In this document: positions 1 to 8,291 of the stretch, one piece after another
Position numbering within the stretch: the first letter of the stretch is position 1
How the letters are laid out: each line of letters opens with the position of its first letter
Assembly (NCBI GenBank): GCA_965203055.1
Contig: OZ241863.1
Location: 3,904,001 to 3,968,000, forward strand
Length of the DNA stretch: 64,000 nucleotides
Origin: Spirochaetia bacterium
GTDB lineage: Bacteria; Spirochaetota; Spirochaetia; SZUA-6; Bin103
Reading direction: 5' to 3'
Made by a program: the position numbers and the translations under genes
Notes under the pieces: model-generated
The model's input: the letters and a program-made list of their open reading frames with translations, nothing else
Database searches by the model: none
Told to the model about the DNA's origin: nothing

Positions 1-713
1 TCCCCCACCAGCACGCCGTCGAAGCCGGCCGCGCGCGCGAACGCGGCGTCTTCGGCGCATTCGATGCCCGATTCGTACAGCAGGGTGGTGGGCCAGTCCA
101 CCGCCGGGCGCAACCGCGCCGGCAGCGTCGAGTCCACCGCGAAGGTGGTCAGGTCGCGGCTGTTGATGCCGGTCAACCGCGGGCGCACCGCGCGCGCCTT
201 GGCCAGGTCCGCGGCGTCGTGCACCTCCACCAGCGGGGTCATGCCCAGGGCGAGGGCGCGCCGGTGCAGCGCGTCCAGCTCCGGCGCGGAAAGGCAGGCG
301 GCGAGCAGCAGCACGGCATCGGCGCCGGCGCGCAGGGAGACCTCCAGGTCGCGTTCATCCAGCAGGAAGTCCTTGCGCAGCACGCTGAGCTGCGGGCAGG
401 CCGCCTTGACCGCGCTCAGGTCGGCCAGCGCGCCGCCGAAGTGGTCCGGCTCGGTGAGCACCGAGACGGCGCGCACCCCCGCGGCGGCATAGCGGCGCGC
501 CTGGCTCACCGCATCCAGCCCGGGGGCGATCGCCCCGCGCGACGGCGAGCGGCGCTTGATCTCGCATACCAGCAGCGCCCCGGGCGCCGCTCCCGGCGCG
601 AGCAACGGCACCAGCGGCTGCTCCCGCCGCGCCGGCAGCGGCTCGCCCAACGCCGCGCCTTCCGCCGCTACCCGGCGCCGGCGGCCGGCCACGATCTCCT
701 CCAGGTAGGCCAT
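1..713 (-). CDS. trpC: Indole-3-glycerol phosphate synthase, runs off the window start (possible TrpF fusion cannot be seen)
   Basis: Manual translation from ATG 713: MAYLEEIVAG...CEIKRRSPSRG...SVLTEPDHFGG...LRKDFL...LVEVH...GINSRDL...ESGI; follows trpGD. Confidence 0.93.
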   Translation of the reverse strand, partial: MAYLEEIVAGRRRRVAAEGAALGEPLPARREQPLVPLLAPGAAPGALLVCEIKRRSPSRGAIAPGLDAVSQARRYAAAGVRAVSVLTEPDHFGGALADLSAVKAACPQLSVLRKDFLLDERDLEVSLRAGADAVLLLAACLSAPELDALHRRALALGMTPLVEVHDAADLAKARAVRPRLTGINSRDLTTFAVDSTLPARLRPAVDWPTTLLYESGIECAEDAAFARAAGFDGVLVG

Positions 714-728
714 CGGGTCAGCGCCCCC

Positions 729-2426
729 TCATCCGCCGGCGCCGGCGGGACGGCCGGGCGCGGCCGCGGCCGGCGCCCCCTCCGCTCCCGGCGCGCCCCT
801 CGCGGCCGGCGCCGGCGGCGGCTCATCGAGCACGGCGCGGATGGCGGCCAGCACCTGCTCCAGCTTGGCCGCGGCGGCGCCGCCGGCCAGCGCCTCGCGG
901 GCGCGCCGATACCCTTCCGCGATGTGGGGCGCGGCGCCGCACACGTAGAGCGCCGCGCCGGCGTTCAGCGCTACCGCGTCGCGCAACGCCGGGCGCCCGC
1001 CGCCGGCCAGCAGCTCGCGCGCCAGCGCCGCGTTGCCGGCCGCGCCGGCGCCCTTCAGCTCCTCCAGCGCGGCGACGGAAATACCGCACGCCGCGGGGTC
1101 GAACAGGTATTCGTGACACTGGTCATCTTCCCCGATCTCCACCACGTGGGTAATGCCGGTCACCGAAATCTCGTCCTGGCCGTCGGCGCCGTGCACCACC
1201 AGCACGCGCCGCACGCCGAGCATGCGCGCCGCGCGCGCCAGCGGCTCGCACAGCGCCCGGTCGTACACCCCGATGAGCTGGAACTCCGCCCCCGCCGGGT
1301 TGACCAGCGGCCCGACCAGATTCAGCACCGTCTTGATGCCCAGCTCGGCGCGCACCGCGGCGGCGTGGCGCATGGCGCCGTGGTAGGCGGGCGCGAACAG
1401 GAAGGCGAACCCGGTCCGCGCCAGCACCGCCGCGGCCTGCGGCGGCGTCAACCCCGGGTCCACGCCGAGGGCGGCGAAGAAGTCGGCGCTGCCGGTAGGG
1501 GAGCTGACCCCGCGGTTGCCGTGCTTGGCCACCGGCACCCCGCAGCTCGCCGCCACCAGCGCCGCCAGCGACGAGATGTTGAAGGTCGCCAGGCCGTCGC
1601 CGCCGGTGCCGCAGGTGTCCACCACGAAGCCGCCGGCCCGCTCCAGGCGCTGCTTCTTGCGCGCCAGCACCGAGGCGCAGCCGGCGATCTCCTGCGCCGC
1701 GTGGCCCTTCATGCTGAGCGCCACCAGCATGGCGGCGAGCTGGCTGGCCGGCAGCCGTCCTTCGGTCACTTCGTCCATCAGCTCGGCCGCGGACTCCACG
1801 CTCAGCGCGGCGCCGTTCATGACCTGTTCCAGGAGCGGGCGGAAGGCGAACGGCTCGCGCCGGTAGTCGAGGAAGTTGGCCAGGACGCGCCGCCCCGCCT
1901 CGGAGGCGATCGACTCGGGATGGAACTGCACCCCTTCCACGATCCAGGTGCGATGGCGGATGCCCATCACCTCGCCGTCCGGCGCCGCGGCGGTGACCTC
2001 GAACTCCGCCGGCAGGGTGTCGCGCTGCACCGCCAGCGAGTGGTAGCGGGTGAACTCCGCGGGGGAGGGAATGCCGCGGAACAGGCCGCGCCCGTCGAGG
2101 CTGATCCGATCGGTCTTGCCGTGCACGATGCGGCCCGCGCCGACGATGCCGGCGCCGAACGCCTGTCCGATCACCTGCTGGCCCAGGCACACCCCCAGCA
2201 GCGGCACGCGGCCGGCGAAGTGACGCACCACCTGCAGCGAGATGCCGGCATCCTCCGGGCGCCCCGGCCCCGGCGAAATCACGATCCCCTGCGGCTGCAA
2301 CTGCTCCAGCCGGTCCAGCGTGACGCGGTCGTTGCGGAACACCCGCACCGGGGCGTCGGTGAGCTCCGACAGGTACTGGAACAGGTTGTAGGTAAACGAA
2401 TCGTAGTTGTCGATGATGACGTACAT
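729..2426 (-). CDS. trpD: Bifunctional anthranilate synthase component II / anthranilate phosphoribosyltransferase (TrpG-TrpD fusion)
   Basis: N-terminal [24 protein letters not shown] (glutamine amidotransferase); C-terminal [22 protein letters not shown]. Confidence 0.95.
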   Translation of the reverse strand: MYVIIDNYDSFTYNLFQYLSELTDAPVRVFRNDRVTLDRLEQLQPQGIVISPGPGRPEDAGISLQVVRHFAGRVPLLGVCLGQQVIGQAFGAGIVGAGRIVHGKTDRISLDGRGLFRGIPSPAEFTRYHSLAVQRDTLPAEFEVTAAAPDGEVMGIRHRTWIVEGVQFHPESIASEAGRRVLANFLDYRREPFAFRPLLEQVMNGAALSVESAAELMDEVTEGRLPASQLAAMLVALSMKGHAAQEIAGCASVLARKKQRLERAGGFVVDTCGTGGDGLATFNISSLAALVAASCGVPVAKHGNRGVSSPTGSADFFAALGVDPGLTPPQAAAVLARTGFAFLFAPAYHGAMRHAAAVRAELGIKTVLNLVGPLVNPAGAEFQLIGVYDRALCEPLARAARMLGVRRVLVVHGADGQDEISVTGITHVVEIGEDDQCHEYLFDPAACGISVAALEELKGAGAAGNAALARELLAGGGRPALRDAVALNAGAALYVCGAAPHIAEGYRRAREALAGGAAAAKLEQVLAAIRAVLDEPPPAPAARGAPGAEGAPAAAAPGRPAGAGG

Positions 2427-2450
2427 GAACCGCGGCCTCCTGCCGTACCG

Positions 2451-3881
2451 CTACAGCTTCACGCCCACGGCCGCGGTCAGGGCGCGCAGCTTGTTCTGCG
2501 TCTCTTCATACTCGCGCCGCGGCACCGAGTCGTAGACGATGCCGGCGCCGGCGTGCAGCACCAGCCGGTTGCCCCGCTTGACCGCCGAGCGGATCGCGAT
2601 GCAGGAATCGAGCGACCCGCCCGGCTCCACGTAGCCGACGATCCCGGCGTAGAAGCCGCGCGTTTCGCTCTCCAGGGCATCCAGGGTCTCCATCGCCTGG
2701 ATCTTCGGCGCCCCCGTCACGGTGCCAGCGGGGAAGGTGGCGCGCACCGCGTGGGCGCCGTTCATCCCCGGCTGCAGGTCGCTTTCCACCTGCGACACGA
2801 TGTGCATCACGTGCGAGTAGTGCTCGATGACGTTGCGCTCGGTCACCGCCACGCTGCCCGGGCGCGACACCCGGCCCAGGTCGTTGCGCGCCAGGTCCAC
2901 CAGCATCAGGTGCTCGGCCAGCTCCTTCTCGTCGGACAGCAGGTCCGCCTGCAGCGCCTCGTCCTCGCGCCGGTCGGCGCCGCGGCGCCGGGTGCCGGCA
3001 ATCGGGCGCATGAGCGCGCGCCCGCCGGAGACCTTGACGTGCACCTCCGGCGACGCGCCGAAGAGCTGGAACTCGCCGTAGTCCAGGTAGAACATGTAGG
3101 GCGAGGGATTGGTCGAGCGCAAGTTGCGGTACGCTTCCAGCGCCGGCAGCGGGGTATCGATCACCAGGCGGCGCGACAGCACCGCCTGGAACAGGTTGCC
3201 CTTGATGATCTCGCCGCGCAGGAACTCGACGCCGTCCAGGTACCATTCCTCGTCGCCGCTGCCGGTCACCTGCGCCGCCGGCTGCGCCGGCGCCGCGGTC
3301 ATGAAGTTGAAGTCCAGGTCGTTGATGCGCCGTTCGGTGTCGTCGAGGGCGCGCTCCAGGTCGATGCGGTGCTCGTGGTAGTTGACCCCCAGCAGAATGA
3401 GGGAGTCGGTGTAGTGATCGAACACCACGAACACGTGGCCGAACACGAACCAGGCGTCCGGCAACTCCAGCGAGTCGCTCTTGCGCTCCAGGCGCACGGT
3501 GTCGAAGCGGGTCGCGTACTCATAGGAAAGGTAGCCGATGCCGCCCGCCGGAAACGGAAACGGATGCTGCGCCCCGGCGTGTTGATCGGCGAAGTAGCGC
3601 AGCACGTCGAGCACGTCGCGCCCGCTGCTGCGCAGCCGCAGGCGGCTGCCGTCGCGGGTCATGATCATCTCGCCGCGGCGTTCCCGGACGGTAAACGCCG
3701 GCTGCAGCAGCAGGATGCTGTAGCGCTCCCGGCCGCGGTGAAAGGAGGCCGATTCCAGCAGCACGCTGGCGTCGAGCTTGCGCGCCAGCGTGTAGGGCGT
3801 GAAGCGCTCCCCCGGAATGGTGCGCAGGACCGTGTCCGGTTGGGGCCGCCCGGCCGCGGCGCCGGCAGTTGTCGTATTCAT
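2451..3881 (-). CDS. trpE: Anthranilate synthase component I
   Basis: LLES, NPSPYM, ASPE, PIAGTR, EHLMLVDLARND, FPAGT, AGAGIV motifs. Confidence 0.95.
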   Translation of the reverse strand: MNTTTAGAAAGRPQPDTVLRTIPGERFTPYTLARKLDASVLLESASFHRGRERYSILLLQPAFTVRERRGEMIMTRDGSRLRLRSSGRDVLDVLRYFADQHAGAQHPFPFPAGGIGYLSYEYATRFDTVRLERKSDSLELPDAWFVFGHVFVVFDHYTDSLILLGVNYHEHRIDLERALDDTERRINDLDFNFMTAAPAQPAAQVTGSGDEEWYLDGVEFLRGEIIKGNLFQAVLSRRLVIDTPLPALEAYRNLRSTNPSPYMFYLDYGEFQLFGASPEVHVKVSGGRALMRPIAGTRRRGADRREDEALQADLLSDEKELAEHLMLVDLARNDLGRVSRPGSVAVTERNVIEHYSHVMHIVSQVESDLQPGMNGAHAVRATFPAGTVTGAPKIQAMETLDALESETRGFYAGIVGYVEPGGSLDSCIAIRSAVKRGNRLVLHAGAGIVYDSVPRREYEETQNKLRALTAAVGVKL

Positions 3882-3950
3882 GGTGCTCCTCGTCGTCGAA
3901 TGGGCGCCGGGGCCGGGTCACCGGGGGAGCGGGCTTGCAGGCGGTTCGGC

Positions 3951-4013
3951 AAACAAAGAGCCGCCGGCCCCGGTCGCTCCCGGCAACCGGAACCCGCGGC
4001 TTTCACAGGGCGC
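3951..4013 (-). terminator. trp attenuator terminator hairpin
   Basis: Minus strand AGCCGC-G-GGUUCCGGUUGC-CGGGA-GCGACCGGGGCC-G-GCGGCU followed by CUUUGUUU, between trpL and trpE. Confidence 0.8.
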
Positions 4014-4043
4014 ATGGCGCCCGTTTGGCGTGGCGGCTCCCGG

Positions 4044-4091
4044 TTACTCCGAGGGCCACCACCGGAGGTGGCTCGCTACGGCCAACGTCAT
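4044..4091 (-). CDS. trpL: trp leader peptide MTLAVASHLRWWPSE (alternative start 4100)
   Basis: Tandem TGG TGG codons, stop TAA 4044-4046; GAGCCGCC after the stop can pair with GGCGGCUC of the terminator (antiterminator). Confidence 0.85.
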   Translation of the reverse strand: MTLAVASHLRWWPSE

Positions 4092-4098
4092 GGCCGCC

Positions 4099-4128
4099 AT
4101 GATACGGAAGGCCGCGGCAACGGGTCAA
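4099..4128 (-). promoter_or_regulatory. sigma70-type promoter of the trp operon
   Basis: TTGACC (4128-4123), 18 nt, TATCAT (4104-4099); ATG 4091 follows after 7 nt. Confidence 0.7.
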
Positions 4129-4162
4129 CCGCCCGCGCGGCGGCCTCGGCGGCCGCCCGGCG

Positions 4163-4570
4163 CTACGATGCCGCCTCCTGCGGCGCGGGCGCGGCGGCCT
4201 CATCGTGGCCGTGGCCGTTGCCGTGGCCGTTGCCGGCAGCGCGGCGGCGCGGCTGGAACTCGACGTGCTCGGCCACGATCAGCACCTTGGCGCGGGAATT
4301 GCCCTCCGCATCCTCCCAGCGATCCTGCTTGAGCCGGCCGACCACGCGCACGCCGCGCCCCTTCGTCAGGTGCTCGGCGCACACCGCCGCCAGCTTGCCC
4401 CAGGCCGTGGTCTCGATGAACGAGACCTCGTCATGGCGTTCGCCCTCTATCTTGTAGGAGCGGTTCGAGGCCACCACCAGCGTGCACACCGGGGTGCCCT
4501 TCGGGGTGTAGCGCAGTTCGGGGTCCCGGCACAGGTTCCCTTCCATCAGCACGGAGTTGAGGTTATTCAC
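4163..4570 (-). CDS. ssb: Single-stranded DNA-binding protein
   Basis: GTG start after GGAGG; LNSVLMEGNLCRDPELRYTPKG...AWGKLA...KGRGVRVVGRL OB fold; no acidic DDIPF tail. Confidence 0.9.
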   Translation of the reverse strand: MNNLNSVLMEGNLCRDPELRYTPKGTPVCTLVVASNRSYKIEGERHDEVSFIETTAWGKLAAVCAEHLTKGRGVRVVGRLKQDRWEDAEGNSRAKVLIVAEHVEFQPRRRAAGNGHGNGHGHDEAAAPAPQEAAS

Positions 4571-4665
4571 GGTATCCCTCCAGGTAAGATCGGCGGCGCC
4601 GCGGCCGCGGCCCGCCGTCACCTGCTATCAACTGCGCCCCGTGCGGCGCGCTTCAAGATGAGCTC

Positions 4666-4700
4666 AAAAAAAAGCGGCGCACCCGCAAGGGGTGCGCCGC
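4666..4700 (-). terminator. Rho-independent terminator after the msp-like gene
   Basis: GCGGCGCACCC-CTTGC-GGGTGCGCCGC followed by T8 on the minus strand. Confidence 0.9.
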
Positions 4701-4739
4701 CGTGGTAGCGAGGGGTGTATTGAGAACCCTGCGCGCCGC

Positions 4740-6194
4740 CTAGGAGTAGGTGATCTTGGCCCAGGCGGTGACTTCGCCCTGCTTGGCCTTCTTGCTCGCC
4801 CCTTCCCCGTCGGTCAACTGGGTGCTCTCCCACTGCAGGCCGAACTCGGTGGCCGGAACCGCCTCGGTCAGAACCGCGGCGATCTTCAGCCCCACGTCGG
4901 CAGCGTCATCGTCGAGCTGGTTGAGCGTCACCGTCGCCTGCGGAGTCAGCGCTCCGCCCATGGCGTCGAGCTTGTAGCTCAACTTGCCCTCGAGGAACAT
5001 GTCCATGACGTTGTTTCGGTGATTGAGGGCCTCGGTACCTTCGTTACCGCCGTTGATGTCGAACAGCCCCCAGGTAAGGCCCATGCCGAGCCGGTCCACC
5101 AGGCCGCCGCTGTCATCCAGCTTCACCATGACGTCGCTGGCGACGTCCCTCTTGGTAGAGTAGATGTAGTCCGCGCCGAGGGTGGTCTTGTTGTCGTCCA
5201 TCGCGACCAGCGTCACGTCGGCGCCGGCGCCGAACTCGAAGTCCATCGATTCGTTTACGTCGGTGGTCTCGATGTTATCGGCATCACCGGTCATTACGAC
5301 GTCGGCGCCGCCGCGCAACGTGATGGCGCGGCCCTCGCCGAAGCTGGTGGACAGCTCGGCCGCAAAGCCGGTGTCGTCCGCATTCGCGGTCGTGTCCTTT
5401 TCGCCCTTGAGGCCCTGTACCACCTGCAGCTTGAGGCCGGCCGGACCCAGGGAGACGCCCATGTCGGCGCTGACGACGAAGCTTCCCTCGTTGGGCTTCT
5501 TGGCGTCGTCCCACCCCAAGCTCGAGGTAATCCCCAGCGCGACCTTCAGGTCGCCGGAGTCGTAGCCAAGCGCGATCCCGGCGCCGCCCAGGTCGAGGCC
5601 GACGTCCTTGCCGTCGTCATCGCTCTCGGCGGTGCGGTCGCCCATCGGATCACCCTCGGATACCTCGTCGTCCTCGATGTGAGCGACCAGGTCCGCCTCG
5701 TTGTCCGGCGCGCTGTGAATCTGCAGGAACAGCGGCCCGTTCTTCAGCTTGGCGGTGACATCGGGCGCCTCGACGATCAAATGGGAACGCGACGTCGTCG
5801 TCTTTTCGCACTTGTTGATCGCTAGCTGATTCTCCTTGACGCCGTCGTTATCCAAATCGTCTTGGCACTGGTCCGCGTCGTAGCGCAGCTCGGAGTCCTC
5901 GTCGTCGCTGTCGATGATGATCTTGAAATCCTTCAACTCGATCGAACCGACCCAGCCCGGCTCCATCATGTCGTCGCCCATCATGTTGCTGGTGCTCTGC
6001 TCGGCGACCAGCTCGATCTTGATGTCGGCGCTGGCGTCGTTCTTGAAGCCGAAGTGCGAGTCGTCGATGTCGTACCCAGCGGTGGTCTTCGCGTCGCCGG
6101 AGAGACTGAAGTTCGTTCCGATTGCCATTTGCCCATACAGGCCGGCCGAGCCCGCGGCAAGTAGCACCACTAGCAGAAGTGATAGCTTCTTCAT
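4740..6194 (-). CDS. Spirochaete major outer sheath protein (Msp/Tpr)-like outer-membrane beta-barrel
   Basis: Signal peptide MKKLSLLLVVLLAA, strong AAGGAGG RBS, SLSGDAKTTAGYDID..GFKND N-terminal pattern, C-terminal strand TAWAKITYS, own terminator. Confidence 0.72.
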   Translation of the reverse strand: MKKLSLLLVVLLAAGSAGLYGQMAIGTNFSLSGDAKTTAGYDIDDSHFGFKNDASADIKIELVAEQSTSNMMGDDMMEPGWVGSIELKDFKIIIDSDDEDSELRYDADQCQDDLDNDGVKENQLAINKCEKTTTSRSHLIVEAPDVTAKLKNGPLFLQIHSAPDNEADLVAHIEDDEVSEGDPMGDRTAESDDDGKDVGLDLGGAGIALGYDSGDLKVALGITSSLGWDDAKKPNEGSFVVSADMGVSLGPAGLKLQVVQGLKGEKDTTANADDTGFAAELSTSFGEGRAITLRGGADVVMTGDADNIETTDVNESMDFEFGAGADVTLVAMDDNKTTLGADYIYSTKRDVASDVMVKLDDSGGLVDRLGMGLTWGLFDINGGNEGTEALNHRNNVMDMFLEGKLSYKLDAMGGALTPQATVTLNQLDDDAADVGLKIAAVLTEAVPATEFGLQWESTQLTDGEGASKKAKQGEVTAWAKITYS

Positions 6195-6368
6195 CACTTC
6201 CTCCTTCACTTATTGCCGGGGCCTGTGTACGGGGCCTTTAGTCGGGCCAACGGCCCGGCAGAACCCTGCCCCCGCTATCCGATGGCGCAACAATGTACAC
6301 GCAATCGAATGTTGTCAACACTGTTGGCTGGCGGCGGCGCGCCGCCACTGCTGGCGGCCACGGACCGG

Positions 6369-6647
6369 CGCCCCGGTACCTTACTCGATGCCCACGCGCT
6401 CCGCAACGCGCACCCGAGCCCTGCGGGATACCGCCAGATCGCCTTCCCCGGGCGCCGGCGGCGCGCAGGACCTTAGCCCGCGGCGCGCGCCGCAGCGCAC
6501 TGCTGCCGGCGCCGAGACGGCTGAGGGTCACCTCACCCAAGAACGCCCACGGTAGCATCAGCCGGAGAGCTTGTCCAGTGCGCCGCCGGGCCGGCTTGCG
6601 CCAACCCTGCGTGCCCCGTGCATGCCGGCCCCGCGCCGGTACCGGGG
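6369..6647 (-). ncRNA. Candidate structured non-coding RNA (~275 nt), family unknown
   Basis: Promoter directly upstream; ends pair (CCCCGGUACC 6647-6638 / GGUACCGGGG 6380-6371); nested stems 6586-6576/6502-6492, 6491-6482/6414-6405, 6469-6420; GCAA-tetraloop hairpin 6607-6588; G-U pairs favour the minus strand. Confidence 0.45.
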
Positions 6648-6650
6648 GCG

Positions 6651-6679
6651 ACCATGGCCGATTCCCCTCTGCCTGTCAA
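6651..6679 (-). promoter_or_regulatory. sigma70-type promoter firing leftward into the structured region
   Basis: TTGACA (6679-6674), 17 nt, CATGGT (6656-6651). Confidence 0.55.
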
Positions 6680-7092
6680 GCCGCCGCCGCCCCTGCCGGG
6701 CAACCTGGCTTTCCCCTTACATCATCGGCCCCGGAGCGCCCCCCCGTTACCGCAACTTGCCCGCGCCCCACACCACCCCTGCGACCCTGCGCCAACACAC
6801 CACCCCTGCGCGCCCTGCACCAATCCCATCGACGAGCGCGTTAGCTGAGCAGCTACGCTGCGGCAGCAGGTACGGCGTCCGGCAAGCGGCCGCGCTCGCT
6901 CGCGGCCACCGCCGACGGCGCCCCCTGGTGCCCGATTGGGCTGACGCGCTCATCTTCGACTCCCCGCGCCGCCATGTAAAGCGCTGCCGACGCCGCGCCG
7001 TTGTAGGTCATCGATGGCGCCGCCGCTGCTCCGGCGCACGGCCACCTGTTCCGCGGCCACGTCCGGCACGCGCCGCCATCGACGGAGACCCC

Positions 7093-8067
7093 ATGAACGA
7101 CCCTTCGTACAAGCGCCTGCTCAACCACCGGCGCATCATCAAGGACCTGCTGCTCGGCTTCATCGCCCCGCTGCGCCCGCCCGGTTGGGCTGACTCGCTC
7201 GACTTCGACTCCCTGCGCGACGGCCCGACCGAGCAAATCACCGATGACCTGCGCCGGCGCTTCAGCGACGTCGTCTGGTCCATCGACCGGCGCGCCGCAG
7301 GCGATCGCGCGCAGACCGTGCAGGTAGTGATCGAGCACCAGTCATCGGTGGACCACTCGATGCCGCTGCGGTTCCTCAACTACAGCAGCCTGCACTACCA
7401 GCGGAAGTACCGCGACCACCAGTGGCGCAAGGGCGACACTGCCGACCTGGTGCTGCACGTCGTGCTGTACAACGGCAGCGCCCGCTGGAACGCCCCGCAG
7501 TCGCTGGCGGAGCTGGTGCCGAGGTGGGAACACGACGGTCCGGCGCAGCTCGCGCTGAGCTATGACGTGGTTGATCTGGTGGCGCTGGCAGCGGATGACC
7601 TGCCGCGCCCCAACCTGATAACCTGGATGGCGGACGTGGAGCGCAGCCGGCGCGCCGGCGAGCTGGCGGAGCGGGTGCGGGAGTTGGGACAGTGGCTCGC
7701 CGCAGAGGACGAGCCGGAACTGACGAAGAGTTTCGACCTGTGGCTCGGCGCCATGACCCGGAAGTGGGGCGTCAAGTTGCCGTCGATTCGCGACCACGAG
7801 GAGGCACGCGCAGTGTTCTTGGAGAAGATCGATCGCTGGGAAGCTGAGTTCCTGCAAGAGGGACGTCAGCAAGGCCGCCAGGAGGGCCGGTTGGAAGGCC
7901 GCCAGGAGGGCCGCCAGGAAGGCCGGTTGGAAACTATCGAAGGGTTCCTGCGAGCGGGCATCGGGTGGCCGGTGATCGAATCCGCCACCGGCATCGACGA
8001 GCACACCTACCGCACCCTCAAACACGACTCCGCCAACGGCATGGAGCCGGCCGCGCCGCCGCGTTAA
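7093..8067 (+). CDS. Rpn/YhgA-like recombination-promoting nuclease (PD-(D/E)XK; RpnL)
   Basis: GGAG RBS, NDPSYKRLL, LDFDSL, RFSDVVW, VIEHQSSVDHSMPLRFLNY, VVLYNG..W, C-terminal EGRQ repeats. Confidence 0.9.
   Translation: MNDPSYKRLLNHRRIIKDLLLGFIAPLRPPGWADSLDFDSLRDGPTEQITDDLRRRFSDVVWSIDRRAAGDRAQTVQVVIEHQSSVDHSMPLRFLNYSSLHYQRKYRDHQWRKGDTADLVLHVVLYNGSARWNAPQSLAELVPRWEHDGPAQLALSYDVVDLVALAADDLPRPNLITWMADVERSRRAGELAERVRELGQWLAAEDEPELTKSFDLWLGAMTRKWGVKLPSIRDHEEARAVFLEKIDRWEAEFLQEGRQQGRQEGRLEGRQEGRQEGRLETIEGFLRAGIGWPVIESATGIDEHTYRTLKHDSANGMEPAAPPR
7813..8067 (+). CDS. Putative in-frame internal small protein (RpnS-like, 84 aa)
   Basis: GAGGAGG at 7798-7804, 8 nt before in-frame GTG 7813, just before the EGRQ-repeat domain. 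Confidence 0.6.
   Translation: MFLEKIDRWEAEFLQEGRQQGRQEGRLEGRQEGRQEGRLETIEGFLRAGIGWPVIESATGIDEHTYRTLKHDSANGMEPAAPPR
7858..7929 (+). repeat. 12-bp tandem coding repeats (EGRQ/QGRQ/EGRL, 6 units)
   Basis: Six imperfect 12-nt units; the second copy (10258-10305) has four. Confidence 0.8.
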
Positions 8068-8069
8068 CT

Positions 8070-8233
8070 TCCTGCTGTCTGGGCACGTCTACCGCGAGCG
8101 CGGCCGCCCCCGTGCTGGCAACCTCGACCGCGCCCCAGACCGGCGCGCGTTCCCGCCGCCGCCCGCGCAGAATGATGTCGGTAGCGATGACCCGGTGCTC
8201 CTGCGCCGCAATGATACGGCCCTCGTCGGCGGC
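8070..8233 (-). pseudogene. Start-less fragment of a PD-(D/E)XK-like domain gene
   Basis: Reads AADEGRIIAAQEHRVIATDIILRGRRRERAPVWGAVEVAST; D...E spacing like restriction-fold domains. Confidence 0.35.
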
Positions 8234-8291
8234 TTGGCGGCCAAGCCCAAGTCCCAGTCCCAGTGTAGATGACGTTTCTCGGAGATCTTGA

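Noticed and set aside
219..4457. Very long ORFs antisense to real genes (e.g. 219-4457, 26226-28298, 33809-35803, 54570-57149)
   Set aside because: Shadow frames caused by extreme GC and codon bias; the opposite strand carries recognisable motifs
6369..6647. RNase P RNA, tmRNA, SRP RNA or cobalamin riboswitch
   Set aside because: No GAGGAAAGUCC, no tRNA-like ends, no SRP helix-8 motif; only an isolated GGGAAGG
6838..6858. attC-like site (GCGTTAGCTGAGCAGCTACGC hairpin)
   Set aside because: Too short, no RYYYAAC partner box and no integron integrase in the window
6571..7092. N-terminal extension of the Rpn ORF in the track
   Set aside because: Low-complexity Arg/Pro sequence; family similarity and the RBS start at ATG 7093
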